In this document: in pieces, positions 41,761-56,300 of the stretch
Position numbering within the stretch: position 1 is the first letter of the stretch
Layout of the letters: every line of letters starts with the position of its first letter
Notes under the pieces: generated by a model
The model's database searches: none
What the model was told of the DNA's origin: nothing
Seen by the model: the letters and a program-made list of their open reading frames with translations, nothing else
Program-made: the position numbers and the translations under genes
Assembly: GCF_036321535.1 (NCBI RefSeq)
Contig: NC_087437.1
Coordinates: 90,336,001-90,400,000 of the forward strand
Length of the DNA: 64,000 nucleotides
Direction: 5' to 3'
DNA from: Camelus dromedarius
Taxonomy: Eukaryota

Positions 41761-42809
41761 TGGTGAACAAGCTTACCAAAATTATACATATAATCGCCAC
41801 TCTACTGTACCACAAGTATTTATTTATTTAAAAACACATCAACTATGATAAGCAATTAAGAATCTTTGCTTCCTGTTTCTTTAGAAATCCAAGGTTTGGA
41901 GTCTAATATGGTACCATCCTTACCTCTTCATTTTCTCCCTCATAACAAGAATTTTACACAATGTTAATGTTGTCAGAGTAGCCCTCCAGCTTGAGTAATT
42001 CATGGTTCACTAAACTATTAAATGGCTGAGGTTTTAAACACAGACATCCTGAATCTTTACTTTAGATCCTTGATAATCCTCAAAATTAGCCTTAAGTAGA
42101 GTACCAAATTTCTTTAGGGACTGCGCCAGTTTATGCGTGATGTCTCAGTGTACGTATTTATAGCATCTTTGTCATCCTTTTTCACTCCCAAGTGTCCTGA
42201 TTCAGAGGATAAATTATATGGGCACTCTGGTTATGGAGAAAAAGAATTCATACATGAAACCTTTGTCACCTTTGGGGGTTGGCTTTTTGCTATGACAGTT
42301 GGTACTCATGGATAAACTGTTTGCATAACAAAACCATCAGAGGGTTTTTGCTTTGTTTTGATTTTTTTAAGTAACTTGATTGGAGCCACTTCCTCCTCCT
42401 CCTAACTCTTCCCTGAGTCATTGCCCAAAACCCAGCATGTTGCTGAACTAAATGGAAAAACGGAAGAGTAATAAAAAAAAAAATGGTTAAATGAAAACCA
42501 CACAAAATAGATGCTGACCATATTAATATATGCCACAGCTGGTGTAATAAACTAGCTAATCCCACATTTATTATTTTGGGTCTTAATTAATTATCTAGTT
42601 ATGTCCTAATTGCCTAATAAAAGGCTTGTGTTTTGTATTTCAGCTTGATTTCTTCTAAAGATCCATCCTCACTACTTTTTCTTTTTTCTTTTTAAATTAC
42701 TCCACAACTTAAAAACATGGTTAGTTCTTTCTGATTCAAATTCTATAATAATTTCTTCTTAAATTTACATATCCTCAAGCTCCCACTTAATCTGCCTTCT
42801 ATTCATTTT

Positions 42810-43626
42810 TCAGAATTGTATTACTGAGGTAAAATATACATGCTACAAAATTTAGTTTTAGCAACTTCACAGTGTACAGTTCAGTGGCATTCAATATATT
42901 GTCATTTATATGCAATTATCACCACCATCCATCTTCAGAATGTTTTTGGAGTTTCAGAACGAAATTCTGTAACCATTAAACATAACTCCGCCTTTTCCTC
43001 ACTCTCTAACCCCTCAGAAACTCTATTCTAATTTCTCTCTCTATAAATTGGACTATTTTAAGTACCTCTAAATGGAATCATACAATATTAGTCCCTTTGC
43101 ATCTGGCTTATTTCACTTAGCATAATGTCTTAAAGATTTATCCATGTTGTAGCATATATCAGAATTTCATTCCTTTAAAGGTTAATATTTCATTGTATGT
43201 ATATACTATGTTTTTTAATTTATCTATTGAACATTTAGGTTGTTTCCAACTTTTGGTGAATAATGTTGTGATGGACATAAATAAACAAATATTTGTCTCA
43301 ATTCTGCTTTCTATTATTTGGGGTATAGACTGAGAAGTGAAATTGATGGTTCATATGGTAATTCATGTTTAATTCTTTGGAACTACCATACCATTTTCCA
43401 CAGTAGAAATGGAAAACATTTTATAATCTCATCAGCAATGCACAGGGGTTCCAATTTCTCCACATCCTCATCAACACCTGTTATTTTCTCTCTTATTTTT
43501 TTTTAAATAGTCATCCTAATGGCTCTGAAATGTTACATCATTGTGATTTTGGTTTGCATTTTCCTAATGATTAGTGATATTGTACATCTTTTCAGGTGCT
43601 GTTTAGTCATTTGTAGATCTTCTTTC
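42810..43626 (-). mobile_element. L1MB-type 3' end (3'UTR and ORF2 tail)
   Basis: gtgtacagttcagtggcatt...ctggcttatttcacttagcataatgtc...tttctccacatcctcatcaacac...ttggtttgcattttcctaatgattagtgat. Confidence 0.9.
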
Positions 43627-43629
43627 ATT

Positions 43630-45420
43630 CTTCCTTTTATTGCCAAAACTCATAAAATAATCACATACATACTCACTGTTCTTCTTTGCAAAACCTTTCA
43701 ACCTCTCTATCTCAACTTTCAACACACATCCCTGTATGCTATAGACTTTATTTAGGAGCCTAATGTTATCTTGTGTCAATACCAATACAAATTCTCAGCT
43801 AATGCTCTGCCCTTGTAAAACGGGACAGTGATAGCATGATCAACTCATATCTTCCTTATGACAGTCAGTTGTTAAATTACTTCCCCGGCTACTTCTTCCT
43901 CCCTGTCTTCACTTCTGCTTTTCCTCCTCCTACTTCTTGTACCTTACGTGGATACTCAGAAAGGATATACCTACCTTAAGTCTCTTCTATTTCTCATAAT
44001 TCTTTGCCTTTTTAAAATTATCCAAACTTAAGACTTACCTGAACACCTATGAAAGGCTAATGATTTTCTCCAGCTTTGACAAGTTGTATGTTGAATGTGG
44101 AATATATATGCTACACTTTCTGACCATTTTCCCTCACATTTCCCATCCCTATTCTGCCTTAGTTGACTCTTACAGGTTCTTCAGCTATCTGCCATAGCAA
44201 GTTCCTCGATGGGCCAAGGCTGAACTTCCCACATGCTTGTTTCCATTGAACTCTACAGATTTCCAAATCCTAACCTACACATACTGAATTATAATTGACT
44301 GTTTAGAGGGATACATCTTCCATTAGATCATATATAGAAGATATTTACATCTTTTAATCACTTCCCAAGAGCTTAGCATAGTGCCTATCACATAATAGGG
44401 CATAACATTTATTTGTGAAATAAGTGAATAAGGGACCTATGTCCAAACACATTGCCTCTTTTATAATATGCATTGAGAAGCTCATCTTGGATGGTTCACT
44501 AATACCTCAAACCAGGATGCTGCAAACTGAAGAAAGTGACTTCTCTTTCAAACCTGTTCCTCCTCAGCTATTTCCTTTTCTGATACTATTAGTTTTATTG
44601 CTCTGGAATGCTAAGTGGAAAATCCCTGTCTTTTAATTATTTTCATCTGCTCATCTTTGTTTACATATTATCATTTGCTCTGTCTTATATCACTTTCAAA
44701 ATGTTCCTTAACTCACTCCTGTTCTCTATTCCCAATTCACCCATTTTTACTTCAGTAGCTCCTGTAGTTTTGTTTGGATTAATATAATCCCACTTCCCTG
44801 ACTCACCAGACCTCTGTTCTGCCAAAACAATTCTCTCTTGTTAAAAAATCATTTGTGAATCCCAGTTCCTTTCAAAAATTACACAGCCTTCCTAACAAGG
44901 TATCCCAGTTCCTTATCTTCCCTCTTCCACCTGCTCTCCATCCACTGAGGTCAACTCACTAATGTAATTCAAGCACTGGCTTCTTTCAACTATTCAACGT
45001 TCCTACACATTATATGTCTTTCCTTATATTCAAGTGGGATGCCTCTCCCCGTGCCAGATATCCAAAGCCTACTCGTCATTTAGAGCCAAAATTAATATTT
45101 TCTCTTCCATGGGAATTACCCTGTTTCCAATTCAATGAAAGTTAGAATTCATTACACCTTCCACTGAACATCAATGCAATTACTCTGTGTCTTCCTTATA
45201 ACATTTGACAACTTCCTTTTAAAGTATTCTTATTTGGGAATGTACCATTTTCTTGTATATATTGAAAGGTGCTTGCAGACAAGATGCTAGGATTATTTAT
45301 CTTTTATTCCTTCACAATGAATTATATAGGAGACTAGCACACTGAATTTTTTATATTTTTTACAGACGGTCAATAATTATTTCTTAAGCAGGTGAGTAAA
45401 TGAGTGAGTGAATGTATGAG
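43630..45420 (+). mobile_element. Degraded L2 fragments (two 3' ends, near 44430 and 45415)
   Basis: gcttagcatagtgcctatcacataataggg...tttgtgaaataagtgaat and tgagtaaatgagtgagtgaatg tails; pyrimidine-rich L2 body. Confidence 0.6.
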
Positions 45421-46989
45421 ATTTTATTTATAGTTGCATTGAAATTCCTCCCTCCTTATATGTACGTAATTTATTTTTAGAGGCTCTCAGTCTTTTCTTA
45501 CAAACTGCCAGGAGACTCTCTTCCTAGTCTCTAAAATCTCTGATTTTTAGTCCCCACTCCTTCCTCTCCTGCAACACAGACTTAACTAGCCAGAAGATAT
45601 TAAAACTATCCATTGGGAATATATTCCTCCATAAACTCACATAAGTATATTCATTGTAAGTGCTTTTTATTTACCCTGAACATTTCCAAGGTAGCCTTTC
45701 CCATTTAAGATTCTGTTTCCTAGGAAATTGAGGACTGTCCACTGTTGCCCAGCAATAGAATGCACACAGCCCGTATTCTATATTTGAATTGTTCAGAAAT
45801 GAGTTCTAGGTTACCATATTGTTAACTCATAATACCTATGAACAAAGTCTTGATTACTTTATGGAAACATTTATATGTGCTTTTTCCTTTCTTTTTCTTT
45901 TTTTTTTTTCTTTAAAGTAAAATACACTGGTGTAGGAGGTGGTGCAAGGAAAATCTGGCAAAATAATGCAGCAACTTGAAGTCCTAGATACCTTCACTTA
46001 TGCTATAAATAGAAATACAGGAAATTCAGCTCACAGCAGCCCAAATACAGGTCAAGAATGGCCACAACGTAAATTACTAAAATATTTCTGGCTTTTGAAG
46101 CTTGGTGCTTCCCTACTTTAAAGTCAGTGTGAAAAATCAGCATGTTCTGTCACCAATGAACTCTTCTCCAAATATTACAGCTCTTTCTTACTCCTCTGGA
46201 GAAGGGGCTTCTTTGAAACTGGGAAGGAGCACTGTTCCTCATTGTTTCCCGTTATACACTACAAGAGAGATGCAAAGACCAGCAGGAGGATAAAAGGGAA
46301 ATGTTCCTTCTTTCCAGTCATGATTAGGTATGTTGAATATCAGAATCTTTTCCTATGGTCTCTGTGCTTATAATTGTAATAAATTATGAACTGCTTTAAT
46401 AATGCAAATGCCACATCAATTATTTTTGTTTTCCCAGGAACATTTATAAATTTATAAAATTTTCTCTTTATCTATAATACACATGTTTATTGCTTTAATA
46501 ATATTCCAATAAATAATATTCCAACAGAAATGTCACAGCACAGTATCTAAAAGAAGATGAAATGACATTTTATCTAAAGTCTATGGCATAGGAATAGTAA
46601 GGATGGGTGCTCAAAGCCAAATTAAACTTTATATTATGAGAAAACAGCACAGGCCACTTAAAACAGTAAAAAAAAAAAAAAGAAAAAAATTAGAATTCCA
46701 TTGCCATTCTGATTTCTGAGTAAGAATAAAAATCAGGCTCCAAGATTTTTGCAACATACTAGCAATACCATCTCATGCACCTCCGGTGTCCAAAGCGTGT
46801 ATTTTACTCCTCTTTAATAAATCACACAAAATGTCAACAATTCAGGAATTTTCTGGATAAACCACCCGTGATTAAATTGCATACAAACATTTGCCAGACT
46901 TACTTAAGACTTTATGTTAAATAAATAGCATCATGAACATGTTAATTATTAATTGCTAGTGGTTTATATTCCATTCTTCTATTAAGAAG

Positions 46990-47586
46990 CACCCCATGTT
47001 TAATGCAGCATTATTCACAATAACCAAGATATGAAAATCTAAATATCCCATCAATGGATGAATGGATAGAGAATATGTAGTATATATGTAAAATGGAATA
47101 TTACATAAACACGAGAAAGAAGGAAATCCTGCCATTTGTAACAACATGCATGGACCTTGAGGACATTATGTTGAGTGAGCTAAGTCAGAGAAAGACAAAA
47201 ATACTCTAAAATGTCACTTATATGTGGAATCTTAGCAAGCCAAACTCATAGAAATAGAGAGTAGAATGGTCATTACCAGAGACCTGGGCATGGGGAATTG
47301 GGGAGATATTGTTAAAGGGTATGAACTTGTAGTTAGAAGATGAATTGTTAAGTTCTGAAGATCTAATGCATGGCACAGTGATTACAATCAACAATACTGT
47401 ATTATAAACCTCAAAAGTTGCTGAGAGACAAATCTTAAATGCTCTCACCACAAGAAAGAAGTGATAATTATGTGACATGGTAGATGTGTTAGCTAATGCT
47501 ATGGCGATATATAAATTTATCAAATCAACATGTAATACACCTTAAACTTACACCATGTTGATTGTCAACTATATTTCAATTAAAAC
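46990..47586 (+). mobile_element. L1MA9/10-type 3' end
   Basis: ccccatgtttaatgcagcattattcacaataaccaagatatg...catggaccttgaggacattatgttgagtga...aagttctgaagatctaatg...caccttaaacttacacc. Confidence 0.9.
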
Positions 47587-50500
47587 CAGTCAACAGACCA
47601 AAAAACCCTCTTAGGCTTATCTCCTCATCTCTCTAAACAAATGCCTCCTCAAACTGTAATGTGGTCAGCAGTTGTAGGCTAGGTTATATCTAACCCAGGG
47701 ATTCAGATATGCCTGTGTGTCTGAAAAGCTGGTAATGAAGCCCACTAGTCTATGTACATTAGAGACCCAGAAGCTTCCTCAAAGATAATATACTTGAAGA
47801 AAAGAAAAATATTTGACCCAATTATAGAAAACTAATTTTTGGTCTTTGGATGTGGACTAAGATTCTGAATATATTCACATATTCTTCCTCTGGTCCCTCC
47901 TAGGGGGAAAGAAAGCTATGATTTAAAAGAGAAAGTGTTAAAACTCACAAACTTCTCTACACAAAGTATAATGATTTATCTTTCTTGCAACAAAGAATAT
48001 TGTGCCTTGTGGTAAACCTCAACTCTGCTTCATATATCCAGAGGGCTCAGGTACAACTGGAGTGTACATGGCAAGACATTACTTAGGAAATGGAAAGTTT
48101 TGATCAGTTCCTCACACTGGTTAATGCTAGAAATGGAGCGATATTTGCCAGGGTTCATAGGGCCTTGAAAAGGCAGCAGTGATATCTCATGGAATGAAGT
48201 ACCACGAGGCTTCACAGGCAGAACCAGGCATCCATGTACAGCATCCACAGATACAAAGTCTGCAGAGATAACAGGCACATTAGCAGACAGTACCAAGAAA
48301 GTGAGGTTAGCAGGTGAGTAAGAAACTGTAGGTGTCCTGGCAACTAGAAGAATTACTCAGCACAGGTGATATATAGAACTCCCAGAAATCATTGTCAGGG
48401 ACACTGCAAGGCCAAGGACCCTCTAACAGGAAGAAAAGCAAGAGTCAGTGAAAGAAAAATTACCACCAATGAAGTGACTCTATTTAAACCTGTGTTTAAG
48501 TGTAATAACTAGCTTATCCCAGGTACCATATGATAATTAATTATTGACTCCTTTGAAATATGGGGGAGAGAAAGGAAGGAAGAAGTTCTTCTATTTGAGC
48601 ATGTCATGTAAAGTCTTTAAGAAACTATATGCAATCCTCTATAAATCATTAAGTCAACTCAGTAATTTATTGGTTATAGTAATTTGCTTCCCATTCCATT
48701 TCCTATGTTCATTTCCTTGTAAAACAGCATCAACTTCCTTAATAGACTGCCCTCCTTACAAAGCCATGTGACTTTGTATGCCCTCCATACAAAGACCTAT
48801 GTGACTTTAAGAAGCAAGGGCATTGCTGCAGCAGTCTTCAACTACTAGGGCAGGCCTGTGTTCCAATAGGAACAACTCCTGATGAGGTTAATGGACTCTG
48901 TAGGACTCATCTTATAACTGTAGGGAAGGAAGAATCATTTTCCCTCTACCCCTTCACCACTCACAACCTCACATAATTCAACTGTGAATATCATCAACAT
49001 ACTGAAATACGGACTCAAGCATCTGTATATAATAAAATCCCCAATCCTATTCACTCAAGCATCACCTAAGTATTGTATAATTGAAGCTGTCCAACCAAAG
49101 ATTAAATATCCGATTAAACTCAGCAACTTCATCAAATTATAGTGTTCACTCACCCCTAACTATAATTTTAGAAACATACTTCGAAGCTCAAGTCCTGCAA
49201 TTCTGAAAAAAAAAAAAGTTTGAGACTTTTTTAAAAAAGTACTGTTAATAAAATGGATTAGATACATGCATTTCTTGTATTAGTGTCTACTATATTACGT
49301 TTGATGATTTTAATAGGATAATGCTTCTAAGATGAAACATGCTCATGTAAGATATTAGACTGATAACTGATCAAGAAAATTTAGGTTTAACACTATAACA
49401 TATTACATTTTAAGATACTTAAATGGTCTGCTTTTTATCTTTTGGAGGGCTGTATATCTGATACCATGTCTTGACAGAATAATGAGCTATTACAAAACAA
49501 CTGCAGAAGACTAGCAACATAAAATAGTATTTGACTAGTTTGTTGATCTGGATGACATTTTATTCTTTGCCTGAGATTTTTCCTAATGTTCAGTAGTTAG
49601 ATTGAATTGCACTTGACAAAAGTATATAACAACCCTATTTGATTTTTTAAGACCAATTTATACAGGATCTAATTTACATATGACACCACTGAAAATAATT
49701 TTTGAATTACATGTACTTAAAAAAAAAGCTGATTCTAAAAATGCAGTTGATGAGGATTTTCCCATTTCTTGTTATCTGTGACAATTCTTACTTAAAAGAT
49801 CTGTGCAGCTGCAAGAGATTCATTTCAGAGTATTTTTAAGTCTACTGCATCTCAGGATTTTAAGGAAAATAAAATTTCAAGTTAAAGATCCAAATTCATT
49901 TTAAATCTTGACTATGTTATTTATGTTTTAAATATATTTTGGTAACATTTACAGAAAAGATCCTATAGATGCTAAGGGTGAGCTAATGATATTTAACTTG
50001 TTCGTCAACTTTCCAATCTACTACATTCATAAGAAGATAAATCCTAGTTTTGGTTGGAAGTAGTTTTTTTAACTGATTATGAGAAATAAGGCATTTTTTT
50101 GGTCAAATTTTTAATATTCAGCAACAAGGTAAGAAGAAAAATGTTATAAGAAAATAATATATAGCCATACTAATGATTGCAAGCTTGAAAGAGTGCTCTG
50201 CCCTGTTTAATGAGGTAACCTATGACTGATCAGTTATGTAGACAAGCAGAACTTAATTAGACATGTAGAACAAATGTGATTTAAAATAGTAACCAAAATC
50301 ACTTTAGCTTTACAGCTATTTCAAAAGCACACTTAGATCCTGGAGTGGAAAAGAAACAGTATTACAAGAAAACCATGAAGCCATCACTTGGGAATTTTTT
50401 TTAAATTGTGGAACAGTGTTTTACCTGGGAAAAAAAAATGTAGAGCAGCAGAAGCCCTAGGAGAGAATGTGTAATTGTATCTCAAGGAGCCATGGTGACT

Positions 50501-53149
50501 GAGTGAATTGCTTCTAGCTCCCTTAGTCAGCAGGAAAGCAGGAGGAGAAGCAGAGCAATGAGAAAAACAGTAAGAAATAAATAAAAATTCAATTCTAAAC
50601 TTCAAAGATGAGCAATGATAGACATACTTTAAGGTAGACTCTCTATTGCTCTGGTCCCCTGCTTCCCAAAAAAGCTTAAGAATGTGAAACCTATGCTGTC
50701 ACTTTAAAATTTCCATCCCTGGGCTGCCACGTTGCCCCGTGTGCAGAGCATTTCAGTAGAAAATAATTACAGGAGAGAAGAGCTGAGAAACTGGGGGTTG
50801 ATACACTGGCTGAAAATACTATCTTTAGCAATCAGTAACAAAATTTCTTTTACAAATTATTTGAAGAGAGGGAGCACACTATGCTCTATATTAGAATGGG
50901 TGGGGGAATGTATGGTTGCTAGGTACAGTGGGTTAAACAACAGCTCCAGAAATGCCGAATGAATGGTAGGGGAGCAGTGGGGCAGAAGATACAAGGATTC
51001 TTTGATACTTCTTAAAAGAAATATTCAAGAATTTAGAATGAAGACAAAACAGGTTTACCAAAATTTTAGATAACACTAAGCTGGTTTTAGGATTGACTGG
51101 AGTTAATAAAATTGAAACACAATCAAAATAAAAAACACTTTAAACAGACTAGTTGGACACAGTTGAATGAGATGAAATTTGATATAGATAATGCTAATTT
51201 TGTGGTTATATTAAAAATAATATTACAATTTGTAATAGTACAGAGCAGGAGTGGCGTATCTTGGCAAGATTTTATGGGAAGTGGGGTCATCTTGGAATTT
51301 TTCCTGTTAACATGTAACAAGAGATAGAGCTACTGAAAAATTTAAATCAGTCTCAGGCTACAAGAATGATTATTCTGAATCTTGGGAAGTTAGAGAATTC
51401 TAGTGTACTCTGTTCTGAGAAGACCATATCTGAGTACTTTTAGTCCCACACAATCAATTTGTCAATTTGATGATGTTGAAAAATTAGTACATTTTCAGAT
51501 AATGAAAGATCTCCAAAAATAGTTAAGAAAATTCTATGGGGCTATCAAATGGACTCATAAAATTAAAGTTTAAAAGATCCCCAGAGAAGATTTAATCTAA
51601 CCTTTTCATTTAAAGATGAGGCTGGCTTAGAAGTTACGGTCCAAACTAGGAATAATAAAAGATATATCTGACTTAACATAAGAATAAGTTTCTAATATTT
51701 AGAACATTCTAAACATGAAAGATTAAACTGCTAACTTTATCTTCGTATCCTACAACTTTGTACATGATCAATAAATGCTTATTGAAATAATTAATTACGT
51801 GGAACTTGAAATAACTAATTATTAACGTCCCCAACACAATACAGCAATGATAGGTCTCTTAGCTTTTAGACTTTCAATTTACTTTAATGTTCTAATTAAA
51901 ATAATATGATACTTTAAATTTAAATGTTGTTATAATTACCATGTTTACTCATATTTATGATGAGAATATAAGCCTCTCTTTTTGACTCCATGTGAAGGAT
52001 TACATACGTATCGGCTTTTACTAAGAGATTTAGTACATGTTCTACATCAAGTTACTGAAACTAAGGGAAATTTTAACTAAGTCACATATTCCCCATGATT
52101 ATCTTATTCACCTCATGCTTCCTGAGAAACATTTAGATGCAAGTAAAACATTAAAACCCTGCATGTAAAATCTTGTGCCATTTCAGATTATTGCACTTTG
52201 AGAAAATATCTTTACACTTCCTTCTCCCTCCTCTGTATGTTGCAGGAACATTCTCTTAAAGATGCCAGGTGCCTTCTCCCTGGAGGCAAATTATGTTGTC
52301 TATAGAGAACATGAATATTTGATATTCTCTTTAGTTTTTTTTTCTGGTTTAGCACTGAAGGACAAAAGAAGCACACATTTTTAAGCTCTGTTCTATCCCA
52401 GCAAAGTTCCTGCTGAATTTCTGTGCTTGTGACCGGTTGAAAATAATGGTGATAAATTAAGTGTTTTAGAGGAGTATAGTCTTCATCAGAAACCAGAAAT
52501 TTCAAGCATCGATTTCCCACCCCCCTCCATTTAAAAAAATTTTTTTCTCATAAAGTCCAAAATGCTTACCAGGATAAAAAATGAGTAACTGTTGTAATAG
52601 TATTTATGAACAGATGAGAAAAAAAGCCAACATTTAGACTTGTGATAACTATACTTTATGTTTGCTAGTTGCCATGAAACTTTGATTATGGCTGTAATGA
52701 ATACTGAGTTTTCTCTGAAGTCTAAAATTCCTCTTCTTTAAGAGTTTCGCTCTTCTATTACATAATTTCATCTTATTTATGAAAACAAAGTTAATTTGTA
52801 CAGATCTACAGTTCACTAGCTTTAGTGTCTAAATGTTATAGCCTCAGTACTGAACTCCATTGCCTATTATATTTGGGATCAGATAAACTCAAGAAACTTT
52901 TAGGTAAGAGGACTGTGGTATGAAAACAAAAACATTGCCGTAATGAAAATAGCTGTGCGCACGAGAAGGATATCATGCTAAATATCAACAAATAGTATGT
53001 ATCAAGCTCTCATAAAATTAGTAATTTGTAGTCTTCTGTAGAATGCTAGGATCATATCAGAATTCCTATAAAATTATATTATCTTGCTTCTACAAAATAA
53101 AGAGAAAATAAATAATAGTAACTAAATCATTTCCTTACTTCCAAGTTCA

Positions 53150-53315
53150 GTATATAAGAATTGGAAGACATTTTGATTTTATCTAATCCATGTAATAAAT
53201 TTTGAAGCTAAGGTTCAAAAAGGTAAAGTGATTTATGCACGGTTATACAATTTGATAAGTGGTAGATTAAAGACAGAAAGTTAAGATTCCTTGGCCTAGT
53301 CTGATATACTTTCTC
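53150..53315 (-). mobile_element. MIR fragment
   Basis: gaagctaaggttcaaaaaggtaaagtgatttatgcacggttatacaatttgataagtggtaga. Confidence 0.55.
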
Positions 53316-56300
53316 CTTACTTTTACTCTGTATATATTTTATACCTTTTGGCTTTGGGCAAAATTCTAGATGAAACAGGACTTTTCATTTTCTTGAAGGT
53401 GATCTCCAGTATGGAAGAATAAAGAATCCAGAAATTCAATCAGTCGGATCTAGCAAGCAATAGATTGTGCTTCCTCTCCTTCTCAACCTAGAATGCCCTT
53501 TGGATGCTTCTATCATGCAAACAAAGACTAATGCCAACCACAATGGTGCAGAAGATGTCACGCTGTGCCACATCAATCCTTGTATCCTAGAAACCGATCC
53601 CATTTCTTTTAGTGCAAAATCATTCTCCAATTATTTACAACTCCCATTTCCCCAATTTATGTTTGAGAGTTTATTCCAGATTCCTTGGGTATAATTTAGA
53701 TCCTATTAAATTGGAAGTTTTGTGAATGAAGCCCAGAAATAAGCACTTTAAATGAGCACAATAGATGAATTTCATGGAAGATAAAACTTGATAATGATAA
53801 ACTTAGGGGCTGTTATGGATGATAAGGAAAGAGGCAACGTGGATGAAAGGACAAAAGAAAAAATCTTTCAGCTTTAAGATTATTCTACTCATTGGTATAT
53901 AAATTTGACAGAGTAGATAATAAAGGGGTTGGGGAAATGGGGAAAAATAATTATTATGAGAGAAAATTTGCCAACTGCAGCCACATGTAAGACCAAAGAC
54001 ACACATACTAAAACCCCTTTAAAATCCAAATGGAATTCCAAACAAAGATACTGGCATATTTAGTATTTTCAAAATCTTTCCTATCACTCCAAATGTGAAA
54101 GGTAATACCAATAATGAACAAAAAAAATAAGTTAGCAGTCCAAATTCTCTGGAGATTAAAGATAAGACAATAAAGTGAGATGAATATAACGAAATTACCT
54201 AGCAGTCATGTATTAGTAAATACTACACATTGCAATAGAACGAAGTACAAGAATATATTCACTGAAATGTTAGGAGATCTACATCAACCCTGGATCTGGG
54301 AATAGTTCATATCTATATTTGACAGGAATATGATGCTGTTCTTAGTATAAAATGTATATAAAATTATTTTTCAAATACAAAAACAAACCAAAAAAACACA
54401 CAAAATTTAATTCGCTGCACTAATACTTTAACAGATATATTGACATTCTGACATGTTAAATATAAATTAACACGGAGCCCAACTTATAAATCAAATACCT
54501 ATTTACCTGATGTCCTAGAGTAAATATCTGGAAATGTTTATTAAGAATCTCTCTTCCGGTAGGACAAATCTAATTAGACAGACATCAAACAATCCACATT
54601 GATCTCTCCCCTCTCAGATCTACCACACTAATAGCAGTATAGAGTTTCCTATTTAATCTCTAATTGAAATCATGCAGACTTGGAAGTTGGGGAGTCTTTA
54701 TAGAGACTACCTACCCCAATCACCCAATGTATTACAAATGTAGATGGTAAGGCTGAGACTTTCAATGACTCTTGTAGAATTCTGTAATTGGGCCTGTGAG
54801 TTAAGGTCCACCACTTGTCTGTCAGATGTGCTCAAGAAACTCTAGTGCTGCATAGCTTGGCAAAAGGAATTTGGACAGAAACAAACATGCTTAATGGTTG
54901 AATAATTTTGGAAAACTGATTTAAACTCATTTATGCAAGTTTGTGTAGCAGGATTTTTCAAACAAATCTATTAGGCCAAAGAAGCTTTAAGCTAATATTA
55001 TATATATATATATATATAAAAATATAAATTAATATGTATTTAGGGAAAATATGCTATTTTGAGTTTGGCTTTTCTTTTAAGCATCTTTTAAATGAGGACT
55101 ATGCATTCCCCCATAAAACCTAGTGATGTGCATCATAAATATTTGTTTAAGGATCATTTATATATAATTAAGCATGTATCCAATCATATAAATGAATCAG
55201 AGGACCAGGTATTCCAAAAGCAAAAAATAAGAAAATGTCACATAGTTTCTTTGTGAGCCTACCAAATAATGTGACTCATCCATGTTAACCCAGAAACAAG
55301 ACTGTACTTCCAACTTACTGGGCCACACTAGAAGATCCATACTTGAGGAAAGGTCCTGTTAAAGACAATTGTCCCTCAATATCCTGGAGCCCCATCAATG
55401 TGCTTTTGGAATGACTGCAGGGGCCAAATTTTGATATGTATGCACATATCTAGGATTTAACAAGAACACAATGAGTAAAATTCCCTATTTCCTGCCTTTC
55501 TATTTACAAATAAAATATTTTAAATGATTATTTTAAAAACCAAATGTAGTTTATAAAGATATCAAAATCAATCCATTGGGTAAGAGTTTTCATATTCTAT
55601 AAATAATCCACGGAGAAAGAATAAAAATATTTGAAATGAATTCAGAAGAAAGGAATATCAAGATAATTGTTATCTAGTAAGTCAAGAATTCAGATAAATG
55701 GCCCTTTAAGAATTTGGCACTTATTAACAATCAATTTATGTTGGAAATTAATCTACTTTCAAAAACATTCTCCCATGAGTACTGGCACCTCAATTTTTTT
55801 ATTAATGGCAAACAAGTAGGTATTATACATTGAAGGTAACACATTTGATAAAGTAGTTAATGTGTCATTCTCCCCTTGTACCATTACAGATAGTCATCAT
55901 TTAAATCTATCTTTGTGCAAATGTATAAAGTTCTAAAAGCCAAATTATAATTCCCTAGAATTGATCAATATTTGTTGAACTCTTTGTCTTTGTTTTATGT
56001 TTTCCTGGCTGATGTGGAAAGTTATCTTTTTAAAGAAAATTCAGTGAAACTACTGACCCATATTCAGAAAGAAAATACATTTTAAAATGTTTCAGGTTTT
56101 GTTTTTAACATTTTCCCAACAATAAACCACAACAATGCTGATCTCTACCACCCTTCGCTCCGGCTTTTTATATGTAGCTATGTAGTTAGGCATATGTACA
56201 TAAATAACTATACATTTATAAAATGATTGTCCATCAGAAAGGCAATAATTTATTGCTTTTACAGAACAACATTACTAGGTAAATACAAGCCTCAACTCAC

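Noticed and set aside
52212..52520. 102-aa minus-strand ORF
   Set aside because: Non-ATG start, no recognisable domain, no convincing splice sites
52570..52588. 19-nt microexon-like segment with CTG|gtaagc donor on the minus strand
   Set aside because: Weak acceptor context and frame-shifting length
53488..53587. Minus-strand exon-like segment DTRIDVAQRDIFCTIVVGISL
   Set aside because: Poor polypyrimidine tract, weak donor, and this frame ends in a stop
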